DNA of 62,957 nt, filler included, from Chiloscyllium plagiosum (GCF_004010195.1; 5 parts of one record of this genome joined end to end with filler, not necessarily neighbours in it); one strand, 5' to 3'. Positions 1 through 14,134 are shown, counted from the first letter of the whole stretch. The notes: generated by a model not told the origin, from the sequence alone. A program made the numbers and translations.

Positions 1-624
1 GGTGGGTAGAGCTTGTAAGAAGGCCTATGGTGTATTAGTGTTCATCAGTAGAGGGATTGAATTCAAGAGTCGTGAAGTGATGTTGCAACTGTATAGGACT
101 TTGGTTAGGCCACATTTGGAGTACTGTGTGCAGTTCTGGTTGCCTCACTTTAGGAAAGATGTGGAAGCTTTGGAGAGGGTGCAGAGAAGATTTACCAGGA
201 TGTTGCCTGGAATGGAGAATAGATCGTACGAGGCTAGGTTGAGAGTGCTAGGCCTTTTCTCATTGGAACGGCAAAGGATGAGGGGTTACTTGATAGAGGT
301 TTATAAGGTGATCAGAGGAATAGATAGAGTAGACAGTCAGAAACTTTTTCCCCGGGTACAACAGAGTGTTACAAGGGGACATAAATTTAAGGTGAAAGGT
401 GGAAGTTATAGGGGAGATGTCAGGGGTGGGTTCTTTACCCAGAGAATGGTGTGGCATGGAATGCGCTGCCTGTGGGAGTGGTAGAGTCAGAATCTTTGGT
501 GACCTTTAAGCGGCAATTGGATAGGTACATGGATGGGTGCTTAAGCTAGGACAAATGTTCGGCACAACATCGTGGGCCGAAGGGCCTGTTCTGTGCTGTA
601 TTGTTCTATGTTCTATGTTCTATG
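1..624 (+). mobile_element. CR1-type LINE, 3' end of ORF2 plus 3' UTR and (TTCTATG)n tail
   Basis: ORF 2..484 has LYRTLVRPHLEYCVQFW...LERVQRRFTRMLPGM...LGLFSLE, the typical CR1 RT C-terminus; ends in a ttctatg microsatellite tail. Confidence 0.95.
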
Positions 625-1107
625 AAGGGTACCCTGTCAGTTGCAGCACATGTCTGTCTCCTGAGGAGGTCATTACGATTCCTTGCTGTGGCACGTCGAA
701 ACTGGCGGTCGATGAGTTGAGCATCGTACCCTGTTCTTGTGAGGGCATCCTTGAGTACTTCCAGGTGTCCGTCACATTCCTCCTCATCTGAGCAGCTCCA
801 TACAACCCTGTCATGGTGGATAGCTAAGTTCGGTACACATAGGGAGGGCCTCAACCGGGACCTTGGGTTCATGTCACATTACAGGCGATCACCATTGCAC
901 TAAACACACACACTCTCACATACACACGGACACAGGTACACACAGATGCGCACAAACACACCCTTATAGACACACACACTCTCACACATGCACCCCCTCA
1001 CAGACTTAAGACACTATGCACTCACTACACACACACACACTTCCTCACACTCACAACCCCCACCTCAGACAGACACACACACACACAGACAGACAAAGAC
1101 CCACATG
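625..1107. mobile_element. Rearranged Penelope-like element fragment
   Basis: Minus-strand peptide CSDEEECDGHLEVLKDALTRTGYDAQLIDRQF (post-RT region) is joined to plus-strand IAKFGTHREGLNRDLGFMSHY (GIY-YIG C-terminus) and a CA-rich 3' UTR; same family as 26416-28089. Confidence 0.8.
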
Positions 1108-2086
1108 NNNNNNNNNNNNNNNNNNNNNNNNNNNNNNNNNNNNNNNNNNNNNNNNNNNNNNNNNNNNNNNNNNNNNNNNNNNNNNNNNNNNNNNNNNNNN
1201 NNNNNNNNNNNNNNNNNNNNNNNNNNNNNNNNNNNNNNNNNNNNNNNNNNNNNNNNNNNNNNNNNNNNNNNNNNNNNNNNNNNNNNNNNNNNNNNNNNNN
1301 NNNNNNNNNNNNNNNNNNNNNNNNNNNNNNNNNNNNNNNNNNNNNNNNNNNNNNNNNNNNNNNNNNNNNNNNNNNNNNNNNNNNNNNNNNNNNNNNNNNN
1401 NNNNNNNNNNNNNNNNNNNNNNNNNNNNNNNNNNNNNNNNNNNNNNNNNNNNNNNNNNNNNNNNNNNNNNNNNNNNNNNNNNNNNNNNNNNNNNNNNNNN
1501 NNNNNNNNNNNNNNNNNNNNNNNNNNNNNNNNNNNNNNNNNNNNNNNNNNNNNNNNNNNNNNNNNNNNNNNNNNNNNNNNNNNNNNNNNNNNNNNNNNNN
1601 NNNNNNNNNNNNNNNNNNNNNNNNNNNNNNNNNNNNNNNNNNNNNNNNNNNNNNNNNNNNNNNNNNNNNNNNNNNNNNNNNNNNNNNNNNNNNNNNNNNN
1701 NNNNNNNNNNNNNNNNNNNNNNNNNNNNNNNNNNNNNNNNNNNNNNNNNNNNNNNNNNNNNNNNNNNNNNNNNNNNNNNNNNNNNNNNNNNNNNNNNNNN
1801 NNNNNNNNNNNNNNNNNNNNNNNNNNNNNNNNNNNNNNNNNNNNNNNNNNNNNNNNNNNNNNNNNNNNNNNNNNNNNNNNNNNNNNNNNNNNNNNNNNNN
1901 NNNNNNNNNNNNNNNNNNNNNNNNNNNNNNNNNNNNNNNNNNNNNNNNNNNNNNNNNNNNNNNNNNNNNNNNNNNNNNNNNNNNNNNNNNNNNNNNNNNN
2001 NNNNNNNNNNNNNNNNNNNNNNNNNNNNNNNNNNNNNNNNNNNNNNNNNNNNNNNNNNNNNNNNNNNNNNNNNNNNNNNNNNNNNC
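1108..2086. other. Assembly gap (N run)
   Basis: About 980 N. Confidence 1.
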
Positions 2087-2606
2087 CTTCCTATTGGAAA
2101 GATGTTGTGAAACTTGAAAGGGTTCAGAAAAGATTTACAAGGATGTTGCCAGGGTTGGAGGATTTGAGCTATTGGGAGAGGCTGAACAGGCTGGGGCTGT
2201 TTTCCCTGGAGCGTCGGAGGCTGAGGGGTGAGCTTATAGAGGTTTACAAAATTATGAGGGACATGGATAGGATAAATAGACAAAGTCTTTTCCCTGGGAT
2301 AGGGGAATCCAGAACTAGAGGGCATAGGTTTAGGGTGAGAGGGAAAAGATATAAAAGAGACTTAAGGGGCAACGTTTTCAGGCAGAGAGTGGTGCATGTA
2401 TGGAATGAGCTGCCAGAGGATATGGTGGAGGCTGGTACAATTGCAACATTTAAGAGGCATTTGGATGGGTAAATGAATAAGAAGGGTTTGGAGGAATATG
2501 GGCCGGTGCTGTCAGGTGGGACTAGATCGGGATGGTATACCTGGTCGGCGTGGACAGGTTGGACCAAAGGGTCTGTTTTCATGCTGTACATCTCTGTGAC
2601 TCTATG
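2087..2606 (+). mobile_element. CR1-type LINE 3' end
   Basis: PSYWKDVVKLERVQKRFTRMLPGLEDLSY...TRGHRFRV...WNELPE followed by 3' UTR ending gactctatg. Confidence 0.95.
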
Positions 2607-3684
2607 TGTGAAACTCCCATGGATCTTTGCAAAGACCATCTGTATCCTCTGCTTGACCTCTAACACTCAGTTGTAAATTACTATTAAGTGAAATATACAT
2701 CTGTGGGATGAAAGATTGAGACTGATGATTAATGCAAGTATATCATGTCATGACAGAAATATGGGAAGAGGACATCAAATTACATGCTGGATACATACAA
2801 AGACATGATTTTAAAAAAGGGTCATTTTATTCTAGCAAGGGAACTTCTTCTTGAAACCTTTCTGACTCTCGATCTTTTTTATTTCTTCAAGGAGCTCTTT
2901 AAAACCTACTTCTTTAATCAAGTTAGTGGGTGTATTCCATAGTGGTCCCTTATGTGCTCAATATTAATTTTTGCTTTATGACATTATTTTGAGATACCTT
3001 GGTACACTTTACTCTTTAAAAGTACTGTATATATCTAAGTTGTTGAGAATATCATTTTTAATTCAGTCAATGGTTATGAATCTGGAATGCAGTGCATGAA
3101 ATGATGGTTGAAGCAACCTCAATGGTAACTTTAAAAAGAAAATAATTTCAAGGCCACGAGGAAAGACTAAAAGGGTAGGCTTCTATGATCTTCCAAATTG
3201 CTAAATTAAGATGGATAGAATATTCTATATATATTCTGATTTTGATTTTCTGATTCATACAGTACAGCACTCTCTTCTTGAGAATTGCTCAAGTGTAAAA
3301 ACATGACTTGTTCAACCCATGATCAAGTTTTGGTGATCATTAAATTTGTTGAAGTTAGAATATGCATTGATGAACAAAACTCAAGTTAAGCCATTTCTGC
3401 CAGTAGTTACATACAAACATGAGAGATATTTTTATAAGATTGAACAAGATATTGGCTTCTCCCAACTTGTTAAGGTACATGAGAAATCAGAACAAGATTC
3501 ATTCAAAAATGTTTGAGTCCTTAAGTTGCTTCAGATTTTTGCTAGCTCGTTTGCATCTAATATCCAAGAGATACAAATGTCTTAATGGGGTTTCTTCAAA
3601 TTTGTGATTCATTGACAACTTTTATTTCAATCAACAGATTTTTATTCAAGTTATCACATGGATGCTAGTAAAATTAAGGGTATG

Positions 3685-3783
3685 TGGGTTAGTTTGATCT
3701 TAGAGTAGGATAAAAGGTCGGCACAACATTGAGGGCTGAAGGGCCTGTACTGAGCTGTACTGTTCTATGTTCGATGTTCTATA
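3685..3783 (+). mobile_element. CR1 3' tail fragment
   Basis: ggcacaacattgagggctgaagggcctgtactg...ttctatgttc matches the tail at 560-624. Confidence 0.85.
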
Positions 3784-4699
3784 TCTTTTCCTAGTCCTAA
3801 TCTCAAAGACGATTTTCAGGGCATCTGCTTGTAACCTTTAAAGAGAACCAGTTAAAAGACATAGCATCTTGGAATGGTAACACAAAGCAAAGAAGCAAAA
3901 TACAGAATACCAACATGTAATCATAATGTAACATGGCAGTGATGAACCTTTTTTTTCTGCTGCACCAGCAGTTAGAGAATCTGTAACGCTATATGTTTTA
4001 TCAATGTTAGTCTCATGTACTGCTTTTCTGACACCTTCAAAAGTAAAGAAGAACCATATGAATGCAGAAATTAAAATTTGTAGCTGAACTAAAATTTTGG
4101 AGAGTTCTCTCATTCTTTGGAAATGCTTCATATTTATTTAGGTATCTATGCCAGCAAAAACATTTGTTTCTCCCAAGACGTCGGGAGCAATGGCTCATCT
4201 ATTAATGCAGACTCAAACATGGAGACCGAACATATCCAAAACTTAAAGGAAGTCAAGAAATTCAAAAACATAAAACCACCCGTCTAAAATTAATTCTCCC
4301 TTGAAAAGTCTTGGCACACATGACTGTCTGAGAATGTAGGAGCTGTGTGAACTCCTAGATACGGAGCATTGACATGCATGATTGTCAAATGAGTGTTGTA
4401 TATCATCTGAACCATCAAGAAATAGTACCTTCATGCTCAAGTATTCCATTGATTTGAAAATGTTTATAAATGGAGAGAAAGGTAGCAGAGGATCAGGGAA
4501 GAGAAAGGACTCCACAGTTCAGAGTATCAGTGCTAGACATTTTAGTAATGCAGTGGGATAAAAGAAGAAATACTATATTTTCACAGGAGACCAGAGTGAT
4601 CATTCTTCAAAAGGAAGGTTAACAGATGATTTGGTCTGCGAATGCTCAGAGATTGGCTCCAAGGGATTGTCAGTAATGCTGGAAGAAGTTTAGTGACCT

Positions 4700-5213
4700 C
4701 ACTCTAGGTGGTTAAGGTCAGTGAATGATTACATTCCACACTACAGACTCGCGTGGTAGTTCAAGGCTCTGCATCCTAGTTTCTAGCACTTAGTATTCAA
4801 GCTTATCTTTCAGATACTCCTGGTCACTCTCACATACTTGCAATGCAGCCAGCTGCATAACTCACACTCTGTTCATATATTTTCAGCTGTAACGTGTAAC
4901 ACAGGGCAGAGTAATATGTCAGGAGAAAGTGAGGTCTGCAGATGCTGGAGATCAAAGTTGAAACTTTATTGCTGGAACAGCACAGCAGGTCAGGCAGCAT
5001 CCAGGGAACAGGAGATTCGACGTTTTGGGCACAGGCCCTTCTTCAGGAATGTCAAGAGTAATATGTCAAGTAATGCACCAACAGGCTAATGAGAACAAGA
5101 GGGTGGATAGATTGCTGGATTCCCTAAAGTGTAAATGGTGATCAACTGTGCACATTTAGCCATCCCAGCTCCCACTGAGAAGACTGATGCATTTGTAAAT
5201 AGGAAGGACTTTT
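4700..5213 (+). mobile_element. Harbinger/PIF transposase relic interrupted by a PLE terminus
   Basis: About 5112-5213 translates to IAGFPKV*MVINCAHLAIPAPTEKTDAFVNRKDF, matching the HARBI1-type motif GFPxVxGxIDCTHIxIxAP...FVNRKGFHS. Confidence 0.7.
4922..5054 (-). mobile_element. Short PLE terminal fragment with degenerate hammerhead and 14-bp TSD
   Basis: agagtaatatgtca at 4908-4921 and 5055-5068; minus strand reads attcCTGAAGAagggcctgtgcccAAAAcgtcgaat. Confidence 0.85.
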
Positions 5214-5217
5214 TAAA

Positions 5218-5425
5218 AATTTCATTCATGGGATGAGGGTGAATGGGATGTGGGAGTTAGGCCAGCTTTTATTGCCCATCCCTAATGGTTCAGAGGGCAG
5301 TTAAGAGTCAACTACATTTGTTATGTGTCTAGAGTCACTTGTAGGCCAGACCAGGTAAGGACAGCAGTTTTCTTCCCTAAAAGACATTGCTGAACCAGAT
5401 GGGTTTTTTTCCCCTGACAATTTCC
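5218..5425 (-). mobile_element. SINE sharing an L2/CR1-group LINE 3' tail
   Basis: ttcattcatgggatg...ccagcttttattgcccatccctaat is the reverse complement of the LINE tail seen at about 13180-13240 and is similar to 35790-35960. Confidence 0.65.
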
Positions 5426-8400
5426 TATAACTGAATGTTAAAATAAGCTGAAACAACCCTAAAAATATTCTGCAGATCTGTGCAAGTTTTCCAGGAAACT
5501 GTCATCACTTATACACCCTGAGCCAGCCCCAGCAATGACACCTGGACACCTGCATGGATAAATGACAAAGAATTAGCACTAAAAACATGGCTACAGGTGG
5601 AGAGAGAGATAGAGAGAGAGAGGAGTGGAATCAGCCACATGAAGCAGAGCAGCAGTAACCACAGGAGCATCAGCATCATGATGCCGTGATGGGAGATGGA
5701 CAAGCATAGTGTCCATAAGTAATGAGGCAGGCTAAAGTTCACAGAAGCACATACCTCATCCTTCCCAATGGAGAAGGTGCTCTCAATATAGCCATCCATT
5801 TCCAATGGAACTTCCATCTGGAGTACCGGGACAACCATGAGACCCATGAGTAAACATGTGAGTTCCTCCAAACTGGGGTCTCAAAGTCCGGGAAGCAGTA
5901 TTGGCTTAAGGCACAAGATAAAGCAGGCAGCAGGCAAGCAATTGAAGTAATTCAGCAGCCATTTAATGGGACATATGACAGGGCTCCGCCAATCTATTGG
6001 GTCATCTACATCTCCCTTCAGAAGGTCTATGCCTTTCAGTCATTAAGTCATTGCCTTTGGATTCACATGCTTACAATTATAGATGTCCTCTTGCTGGGGT
6101 CTTGCTGGGGTTTCACACCATACCTGATCGTGAGTGCATACACTCTCCTCACTGGATGGGAATCAAACTCAGAATGTAGAGAACCTAATAAGATTTTGAA
6201 ACACAGCTTCTCATTCACGGGTGCTAGCTGGAAACATCCTTCCATTTCTGTTCTCCATTATACCTTAAGCTCAATAATCCTTCCAAATGTATATACATTT
6301 GCTTAATTGAATCTCAGCTTGTATGGCTAACTCAATGTATGTAATAATGTTCTCAATGGCTGCCAATTCTTACCAACAGTTATATTCCGCTGAGCTTTCA
6401 CTTCCTTTAAGCAGGTGAGCTGCTGACACTCTGTGGAATCTCCACTTCTAATGGAACATTTTAAAAGCATCTTAAACATGGTATCAGATGGCTGCTGCAT
6501 TACTTCAATTGTCTGCCTGCAGCCTGCTTTATTTTGTGATTATTGAGTTAAATCCCAGGGCTTTGAGATACCAGACTGGATGTCATATGTGCCTTCAGAG
6601 TTTCATGGTTGTGCGTTGCAGAACCTGGCACTCTCGATGCTATACTTTCCAGGCATCTGTGGCTGATCTGGAAGCAGCTGTAGCCTTCCTGCTGCAATGT
6701 ATGAGACAATGTTTCAGGCCTGGCATATTCTGGGAATCCTGCAACTGTGCAGGAGCTGTCTTTATTATCAGGCAGCAAGTGGAGATCATGTCAGTGTGAA
6801 ATATGTCAAACACTTAGGAAGATCCATGGGGAGATACCCATTTGACTTTAGATATCTACTCCCCCAACCCATTCAGTCCTCCTCTCCTATAGTACAGTAG
6901 TTCAATACCTGATAGTGAGTGCATACAACTTGGGGTCAAATTCTCACCCATTGCACAATCCAGACTGCGAATGAGATTTTACAATGTGAGTTTGTGAACA
7001 CCTCCTGCATCTACTTTGTGGTTTTCTGCATTTGGCCCTCAATGATGGTTACTACTTTCCAAATGAAAGAAGCATTGCGCCCATGTAGCAGAAATATGGA
7101 CCCTCATATGACACAGACGGATTCCTCCATCATGTGTCCACAGAAACAAACATCCTTTGGTAATACTGATGGCTATCCACATGTTTATACAATTGCTTCA
7201 ACATTTATGCCAATTCACATGTCTAGATTCATATTATTGAAAGCAAGCATTCAGCTTTGCCAATGCAACACTCACCCTGATTAACTAGAACATCTGACGT
7301 GAGATCAATCTTGACTCAATGTAGATGGATATCCCTGTTGGTGATTAAGGAATGGATCAGCTAGCACATCTTACATCCTATGGAGGCCATGTAAGGTATG
7401 TAGGGCTAAGAGCTTACAATAATGAATATTGCTCACCTTACCAACTACACCAAGTCATTGAATTACTCTTAGAACTGAGCTCGTATTCAGACAACAACCC
7501 ATGTCAGCTGACATTCTTGGTCATTTGACCTTATGCCTCTTTTTTAAGGCTTCTCATCACATGGAAAAGAACCCCTGTTTGTTCCCACTGTATCTGCAGG
7601 GACACCTCCCAAGAAGCCTCCCTGAATCCTTTGTCTCACTACAGCAATTTCAATCCTGTGTGCTGCCTGTATAATGACTGCAGCCTGGTCTTCAAAAAAT
7701 GATGCTTCCATTGATCTATGTACTCTATCTCCTACCTACTAAGTGAGTAAAAGCCACTGAAGTATTCCATCAGCCATGATCACATTGAATAGCAGGGAAG
7801 CCTCAACATGCTGAATGGCCTACATCTGTCCCAATGTTCCTTCACATATTGCAGTAAATTCATTTTTAATATAGCCTTGTTACAGTTGATGAGATGATGG
7901 GGTCTGTAATCTTGTTGATCATCATAAGATTTGTTTAAGCATTGTTTTCCACGTGATCCATTTGGCACTATTTTGGAGCAGTCTCTCTCCACTCGTTGAC
8001 CCTCTGAGTCATGGTCTCTCCTCAAACAGAACAACTGAGTTATGGCCTCTGTCCTTCATCCGACCCACCAACTCGCAAACCACCCCTCTGACTCCTTACT
8101 TACCATCTCTCCTCTTCCCTCTTCTGGACCTGCGTTTTCATTTTATACACAGTGTCACAAATCCAGATCAATCCTGAGGCTGGAGCTCCGATGTTATGAA
8201 AGGCTGAGTCCTGATGGTATAATAGGCCAATTTTGGGGTTTTATAATCCATGTTTTAAGTAAATGACTTTCAAAGCTTCTGCTTCCTTATTGATCTTCTT
8301 CCTGATCTCTCACTTATAGTAAAGGTTGAGGAGAGAGAAGCGACAACTGAGTGTATTTAAAAACGTAAAGATTGTAAAAATCTCGGCGGAGCCCTTCTAC

Positions 8401-8880
8401 AACATTGGAGCTCATGGATCCATAACAATGATTTGCCAGTTTTGAATAACAGCTGGATGTTTAACAGGAATGCAGATCTAAGAGAGAGAAGTAGTGAGAT
8501 GATAAGTCAGGCAGTGGAAGTTTTGGTGAGAGGGTGGATCGGTGAAATGATGAGGCCACAAGTCAAAGGGGAGGGGTAGATTTACAACAACGAGGAGGAT
8601 TAGGGAATGGAAACTATTGGAAGCTATATCACTGGTAAGCAGGAGGTACTTGAAGCAGAAAGTCGCATTTAACTGGACCAAATATCACTGAGGAAGTCCT
8701 GCCATCCACCTGTGTATCTGTGCATATGACCTCAGTGAGATTTCCTCTCATTTGGCAAAAATCAGCTCCAGATTTGCACAACGTATCTGCATAGGAAAAA
8801 GTCCTCTTGTGCTCTTTAAATCCATCCTTAAATGTCTAATTTCTGCAAATTGCCTTCCTTAAAGGCATTCCTTATAACCT

Positions 8881-8989
8881 GATATAAGTCCTGATGAAGG
8901 GTCCTGCCCTGCTCCACTGATGCTGCTTTTCCAGCTCCATATTTTGTCGACACTGACTTTCCAGCATCTGCAGTTGTCATAATCTCCAA
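8881..8989 (+). mobile_element. Degenerate PLE terminal fragment with 14-bp TSD
   Basis: cctgatgaagggtcc...ttttccagc...ccagcatctgcag; attccttataacct at 8867-8880 and 8990-9003. Confidence 0.75.
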
Positions 8990-9035
8990 ATTCCTTATAA
9001 CCTTCCTCTTTGAACTAACTTTAGTCAACCAATAT

Positions 9036-9370
9036 AGGCACAGTGGCCCAGTGGTTAGCACTGCCGCCCCACACCAGCAGTGACCTGGGTTCAGTGCCAC
9101 ACTTCAATTGTCTGTGTGCATGTAGTTTGCACATTCTCCTTGTGCCTGTGTAAGTTTCCTCTGGGTGCTCCGTTTTCCTCCCACAGTCCAAAGATGAGCA
9201 GTTTAGGTGAATTGGCCATGCTAAATTGCCCATAGTGTCCAGGGATGTACAGGCTAGATGAATGGTAAATATAGGGTAGGGGGTAGGTCTAGGTGGGATG
9301 CTGCTCAGAGGATTTTTGTGGACTTGATGGGCTGAAAGGCTTGTTTCCACACTGTAGGCATTCTATGATT
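9036..9370 (+). mobile_element. HE1-type tRNA-derived V-SINE
   Basis: A-box head ggcacagtggcccagtggttagcactg, B-box gggttcag, V-domain gtttcctctgggtgctccgttttcctcccacagtccaaagatg, CR1-like tail. Confidence 0.9.
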
Positions 9371-10467
9371 TAATATTATAATATGTGGTTTGGTGTCAAA
9401 TGTTGCTTGATGATGCTCCTGTGAAGCAATTTGGGATGTTAATGACTCACTCCCCTTATGCCACTCCCCAACCTGATCATTAGGATATGCTTATCTTTAT
9501 TGCTTTACCTGTAAATGAATTAAAATGCTTGTTTAAGTATTGTAAACTATATTAAGCTTAAGTCAAGAAACATGGATTTGATAAAAATAGCAGAGACAAT
9601 CCAAGGCTGTTATTGTCAAAGCAAATCATTTTTCTGAACTGACAGAAATCTGGGAGCTAACATCACTAAAGTTCAACATCAAACTCTAAAAGACAAATCT
9701 AGGAAGGATGCGTATTGTCTCTTCTTGCAGCCATATATCCTACATTGAGTCAGGCTCCAAGAATTTAGAATAAAGCAAAGTCTATACACAATAGCACAAA
9801 TGAGGTCCCATTCCTTTGTAGCCAGACAGAAATTTCCCAGCAGCTGTATAAAAATGTAGTCTACTCCCCACCTAAAACAGAAGCCAGGATTCAAAAATGG
9901 CATATTTCAGTGATTAGTAGCCTGTTACCCACCAACTATTCATGATAAACACGTCTATGTCTGCAAAATGTTATGGTTTCTACGCAGAATATCCCATGGG
10001 TGCTGACAGAATCATTTTCTTTCAACTGCACTGTTGATGTTGGATCATTATGCCGTTATGCACAAATCAGGTGAAGAAAGCATGTTCATATGCCAACTCC
10101 TACATTTTAAATAATCTGCATAGCCATTGCAAAATATTATCAACAAAGAGTGAATCTAAAGCAAAACAAAACCATTTCTGTAGGAAAATCGATTATTCCT
10201 GTTTCTTCTAATTCTATTTCAGTTGCTGAGACTTCTTTCTTGGGTTGCAGTTTCAAGTGGAGTTGTTCCTTGCCCTGTTATATCTTTACTAATTCAAAAA
10301 TATATATTCAGGAAAAGCAAAGAATTACATCATTGGACAGGCTTGTGGGGCGGTGGAGAGGTGATGATGGGGGAGTAATTTTTTAAAACTGGATCCATGA
10401 ACTCCCTTGTTCTATGAAGCTGGATTTCTGTGGGGAAGAGTAGCAACCTTAGACAATCTGGATTTCC

Positions 10468-10773
10468 TAAAGTGCAAAAAGAGGTCATTCAGCCCATGGA
10501 GCCTGCACTGACCCTCCGAACAGCATTCCATCCCGACCCAACCCGGTAACTCTGCATGGGGTTGTTAACTTGGTTAACCTGCCTCACCTCCATGCTGTGG
10601 GACAATTTTTATGGATGGTCAATCCACCTAACCCGCATAACTTTGGACTGTGGGAGGAAATCCAGGCAGACATGGGGAGAATGTGCAAACTCCATGCAGA
10701 CAGTTGCACAGAGCTGCAAGTAAACCCAGGTCTTTGATGCTGTGAGGCAGCAGTGCTAACCACTGTGCCACCC
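10468..10773 (-). mobile_element. HE1-type V-SINE
   Basis: Reverse complement of the same head and V-domain (ctttggactgtgggaggaaa...cagtgctaaccactgtgccacc). Confidence 0.85.
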
Positions 10774-11482
10774 TGGCAATACCAGCATCGAAACTATGTT
10801 TCAGGCCCATGTTTATCAAAACTAGTTTGAAGCCAAATGGAATGCAAACTCAAGCATTTGGAATTTATTAGAGTTAATTTTTGACCCAAGCTTGATCACT
10901 TTGGGTTCAAATACAGCTATATCTTTGTCCTATGAGAGCACAGGGGACAGTGTATACTTGTGTTAATAAAAAACTTGAAGTAGGTCTGGCTGTACTTTTA
11001 CTAAATAGATGCAGAGTAGCAATTTGGGTAGAAAAGGATATTTCTTTGTGGTGTAGCAAAGGATTTTCTGTGAAAACAAACAAGCTTGTGCAGCAACACA
11101 AACAGGACAGCATTTGCTTTACACTTAGCGATTGTATTGCCTTCACAGAGTGAGCCTATCATGTAAAGCAAATAATTAAAACAAATATTAATCCCACCAG
11201 GAAGAACTTCCTTAATGGCTCTATGTATCAAGGCAACATGTGGTGCAGTAGTGAAGCTTGCAGACTGGAAGGTCACATGCTTAATTCCCTGTCTGTATTT
11301 AGAGACCTGATCTTAGCCAGGACAGTAGGTGGGGCACTGCAATTGGTTACACAGCAAAAAGAAAGATCAGTTAGTGGTTTCATAATCTGTACTGGGCCCA
11401 ATTGGATATCAAATGTGTGTTGATGTTGGATTGAGGAAGGGGTTGGCTGAGCAATGATGCCTTGCATGAAAAGAAAGGAAGA

Positions 11483-11910
11483 AAGAACTTGCATTTATAT
11501 AGTTCCTTTCATCATCTCGGGACGTCCCAAAGCACTTTACAGTCAAGGTATTTTTGAAATATAATACACATTGTTATGCAGGAAACTCAGTAGCCAATTT
11601 ATACACATAAAGTCTCCCAGATTGCACTGAGAAAAGGATCAGATATGCTGCTTTTGTAATATTGGCCAAGTATAATGATGGCCAGGGCAGTTCTGCTCTT
11701 CATCTGCAATTAACATCATAGGAAATTTTACAGTTACCTGAGAAGACAGGCGTAGTTTTATTTTAACATTTCATCTAAAGGCTGACACTTCTGACAGTGC
11801 TGCACTCCTTCAGTACTCCACCGCAGGGTCAGCTTGGATTTTGTGCTGAAGACATTAAAAATGGGGTTTGAACACTCATGTTAGACTCTGAAGCCAAAGT
11901 GAAAACAAAG
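11483..11910 (-). mobile_element. Deu-domain SINE (SacSINE1/AmnSINE1-like)
   Basis: acttgcatttatatag...gggacgtcccaaagcactttacag tail and ctgacagtgctgcactccttcagtactcc...ggggtttgaac head, recognised from memory as the DeuSINE consensus. Confidence 0.75.
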
Positions 11911-11944
11911 AGCTGAAATAATGACCAAATAACATGTTTTTGCC

Positions 11945-13240
11945 CTAGCTTTGAGAGAAATGAAACTGGATGAATCAACCTAGGCACTGAAAATGACAAG
12001 GACAGAAACAGCACAAACAGCCCTGTCAACCCTGCAAACATCTCCTTACCAACACCTGGGGGATCATGCCAAAATGGGGAGAGCTCACTCACAGACTTGT
12101 CACACAACAACTTGACATAGTCGTACTCATGGGATTATACACCAGCAAGAAAGGTTAGCACAGGTGGTGCACAGTGGTATAGAGTTGGTAGAGTGTTGCC
12201 CTGGGAGCCAATGAGTTCTCATGGGATCAGGTCAAACTTAGCCTAGGAAATCTCCTGCTGATTACCATGTACCCTCCTCCCTTTGCTGATGAATCAGTAC
12301 TCCTCTATATTAATCAACACTTAGAGGAAGGGCTGAGTGTGGTAATGACCCAGAATGTACTCTGGGTGGGGGATTTCAATGTCCATGACCAAGGGTGCCT
12401 GGGTGGCAGCAATATTGATTGAGCTGGTCACATCCTGAAGGGCACTGCTTCTAGTCTGGAACTGTGCTAGGCAGTGAGGGAACCAATAAGAAGGAAAAAC
12501 CTCACCCTCACCAATCTCTCTGCTGCAGATTCATCTATCCAAGACTGTATCAATAAGAATCATTACTGTGCAGTCCTTGTGAAGAAAATGTCCCACCTTC
12601 ACATTGCCAGGACCATGTTGTGTGGTACCTACACATTGACAGTATCATGTTGTGTGGCACCAGCACCATGCTAAATGTGATAGACTTCGAACAGATCTAG
12701 CATTGCAAGACTGAGCATCCATGAGGAGTCATGGGCCATCAGCAACAGCAAATTCATAGTCCAACACAATCTGCAATATCTGACCTGGCATATCCCCCAA
12801 TCTACCATTGTCATCATATTAGGGAATGAACCTTGGTTCAGTGAAAAGTGCAGGAGATCATCCAGAGCAAGCAAACTGCTTGATTAGCACCACTCAACTT
12901 CCAACCCCACTGATGCTCCACAGCAACAGAATATATAAACTACAGGATTTCACCAAAGCTCCTTCAGTAGTAACTTTCAAAACTTCAACAACTATCATTC
13001 AAAGAACAAGGGCTGCTGATACATGGGAACACCATTAACTTAAAGTCCCCTATAAGCCACTTGCCATCCTGATTTGGAAATATATTTCTGTTCCCTGACT
13101 AGTACTGGGTCAATATCCTGGAATCACTCAGTATAGAATTCTGAGACAACCTACATGTTCAAGAAAACACCTTCCCAATGGCAACCAGGTACAGGCAGTA
13201 AATGCTGGCCCACATCCACATCCACACATAATAAAAATGA
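11945..13240 (+). mobile_element. Internally deleted L2/CR1-group LINE (AP endonuclease region plus 3' tail)
   Basis: QNVLWVGDFNVH APE motif at about 12351-12386, VREP..KNL...LTNL, and a 3' tail ending taaatgctggccc...aataaaaatgaa. Confidence 0.8.
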
Positions 13241-13599
13241 ACTGAAGTACTGGCATTCATTAAACCAGTTCCCTGCAACAATTGTCATTTTCAGGACGAC
13301 ACGGAAATTAAACCCTCACAAATCTAAAAGCAGATAATCATCGAAGTCCACTGCTTCTGACATGATTTTCCATTGATATCAAGAAAGATCCTTATCATCA
13401 GAAATTCAGTGCTGATGTTAAAATCTGCTCTTTGAGGTAATACCATTTTAATTTCTCAATTGTTATATCAACTAGTTAGAGTGATGTCCTCCCATATCAC
13501 CAAACATCAATACAATTAGATTTTTCATTATATTGCCATTCTTCTTTTGCAGGAAGTTATGATGAACCATATAAACCATTTGTTTGAACTTAACTACAG

Positions 13600-14120
13600 T
13601 ATTATGTCCAAATGTGGACACTACACTTCAGGAAAGATGTGAAGATTCAGCAGAGGGTGTAGAATTAACTGATGGAATTATTTCAGGAATGAAGGACTTC
13701 TGTCATGTGGATAGGCTATAAAAGGCTGATCTCTTTCAAAAGAAGGTCGTTAAGATAAAATGTGATGAAGATGTTCAAAGTCAGGAGGTATTGAGACTGT
13801 GGGCAAAGAGAATTCTTCTTATAGACTGCAGGACTGAGAACCAGAGGACGCCAGTTTGAAGTTTATTAGTAAAAGAGCCAAAGATGACATGAGGAAAAGC
13901 TTTTACAAAGCAAACTGTTACAATCTGGAATGAACTCACTGACAGTATGTGAAGGCAGAAAGTAAATTGGAGGAACTGCCAGAGGGAAAAAAAACAAGGT
14001 AATGGAGAGAGGGTTGAGGATTGGGACCAACTAGATTGCTCTTGCTGAGGAACGGTACTGGTTTGATAGGCCAAATAGCCTCCCTGTGTGTTGCAAGGAT
14101 TTTATAATTTTATAATTCTT
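13600..14120 (+). mobile_element. Old CR1 3' end
   Basis: cacttcaggaaagatgtgaag...gagaaccagaggac...atctggaatgaactc and (tttataa)n tail. Confidence 0.7.
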
Positions 14121-14134
14121 TAATTCTGATTCCT

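Noticed and set aside
988..2472. Long ORFs of 364-494 aa
   Set aside because: They are long only because they read through the N gap.
4142..4287. Possible plus-strand exon after tttatttAG
   Set aside because: All frames stop within about 50 codons, with no donor or recognisable motif.
5509..5871. Hydrophobic 120-aa minus-strand ORF as a membrane protein
   Set aside because: It is the antisense of purine-rich, GA-repeat low-complexity sequence, with no splice or homology support.
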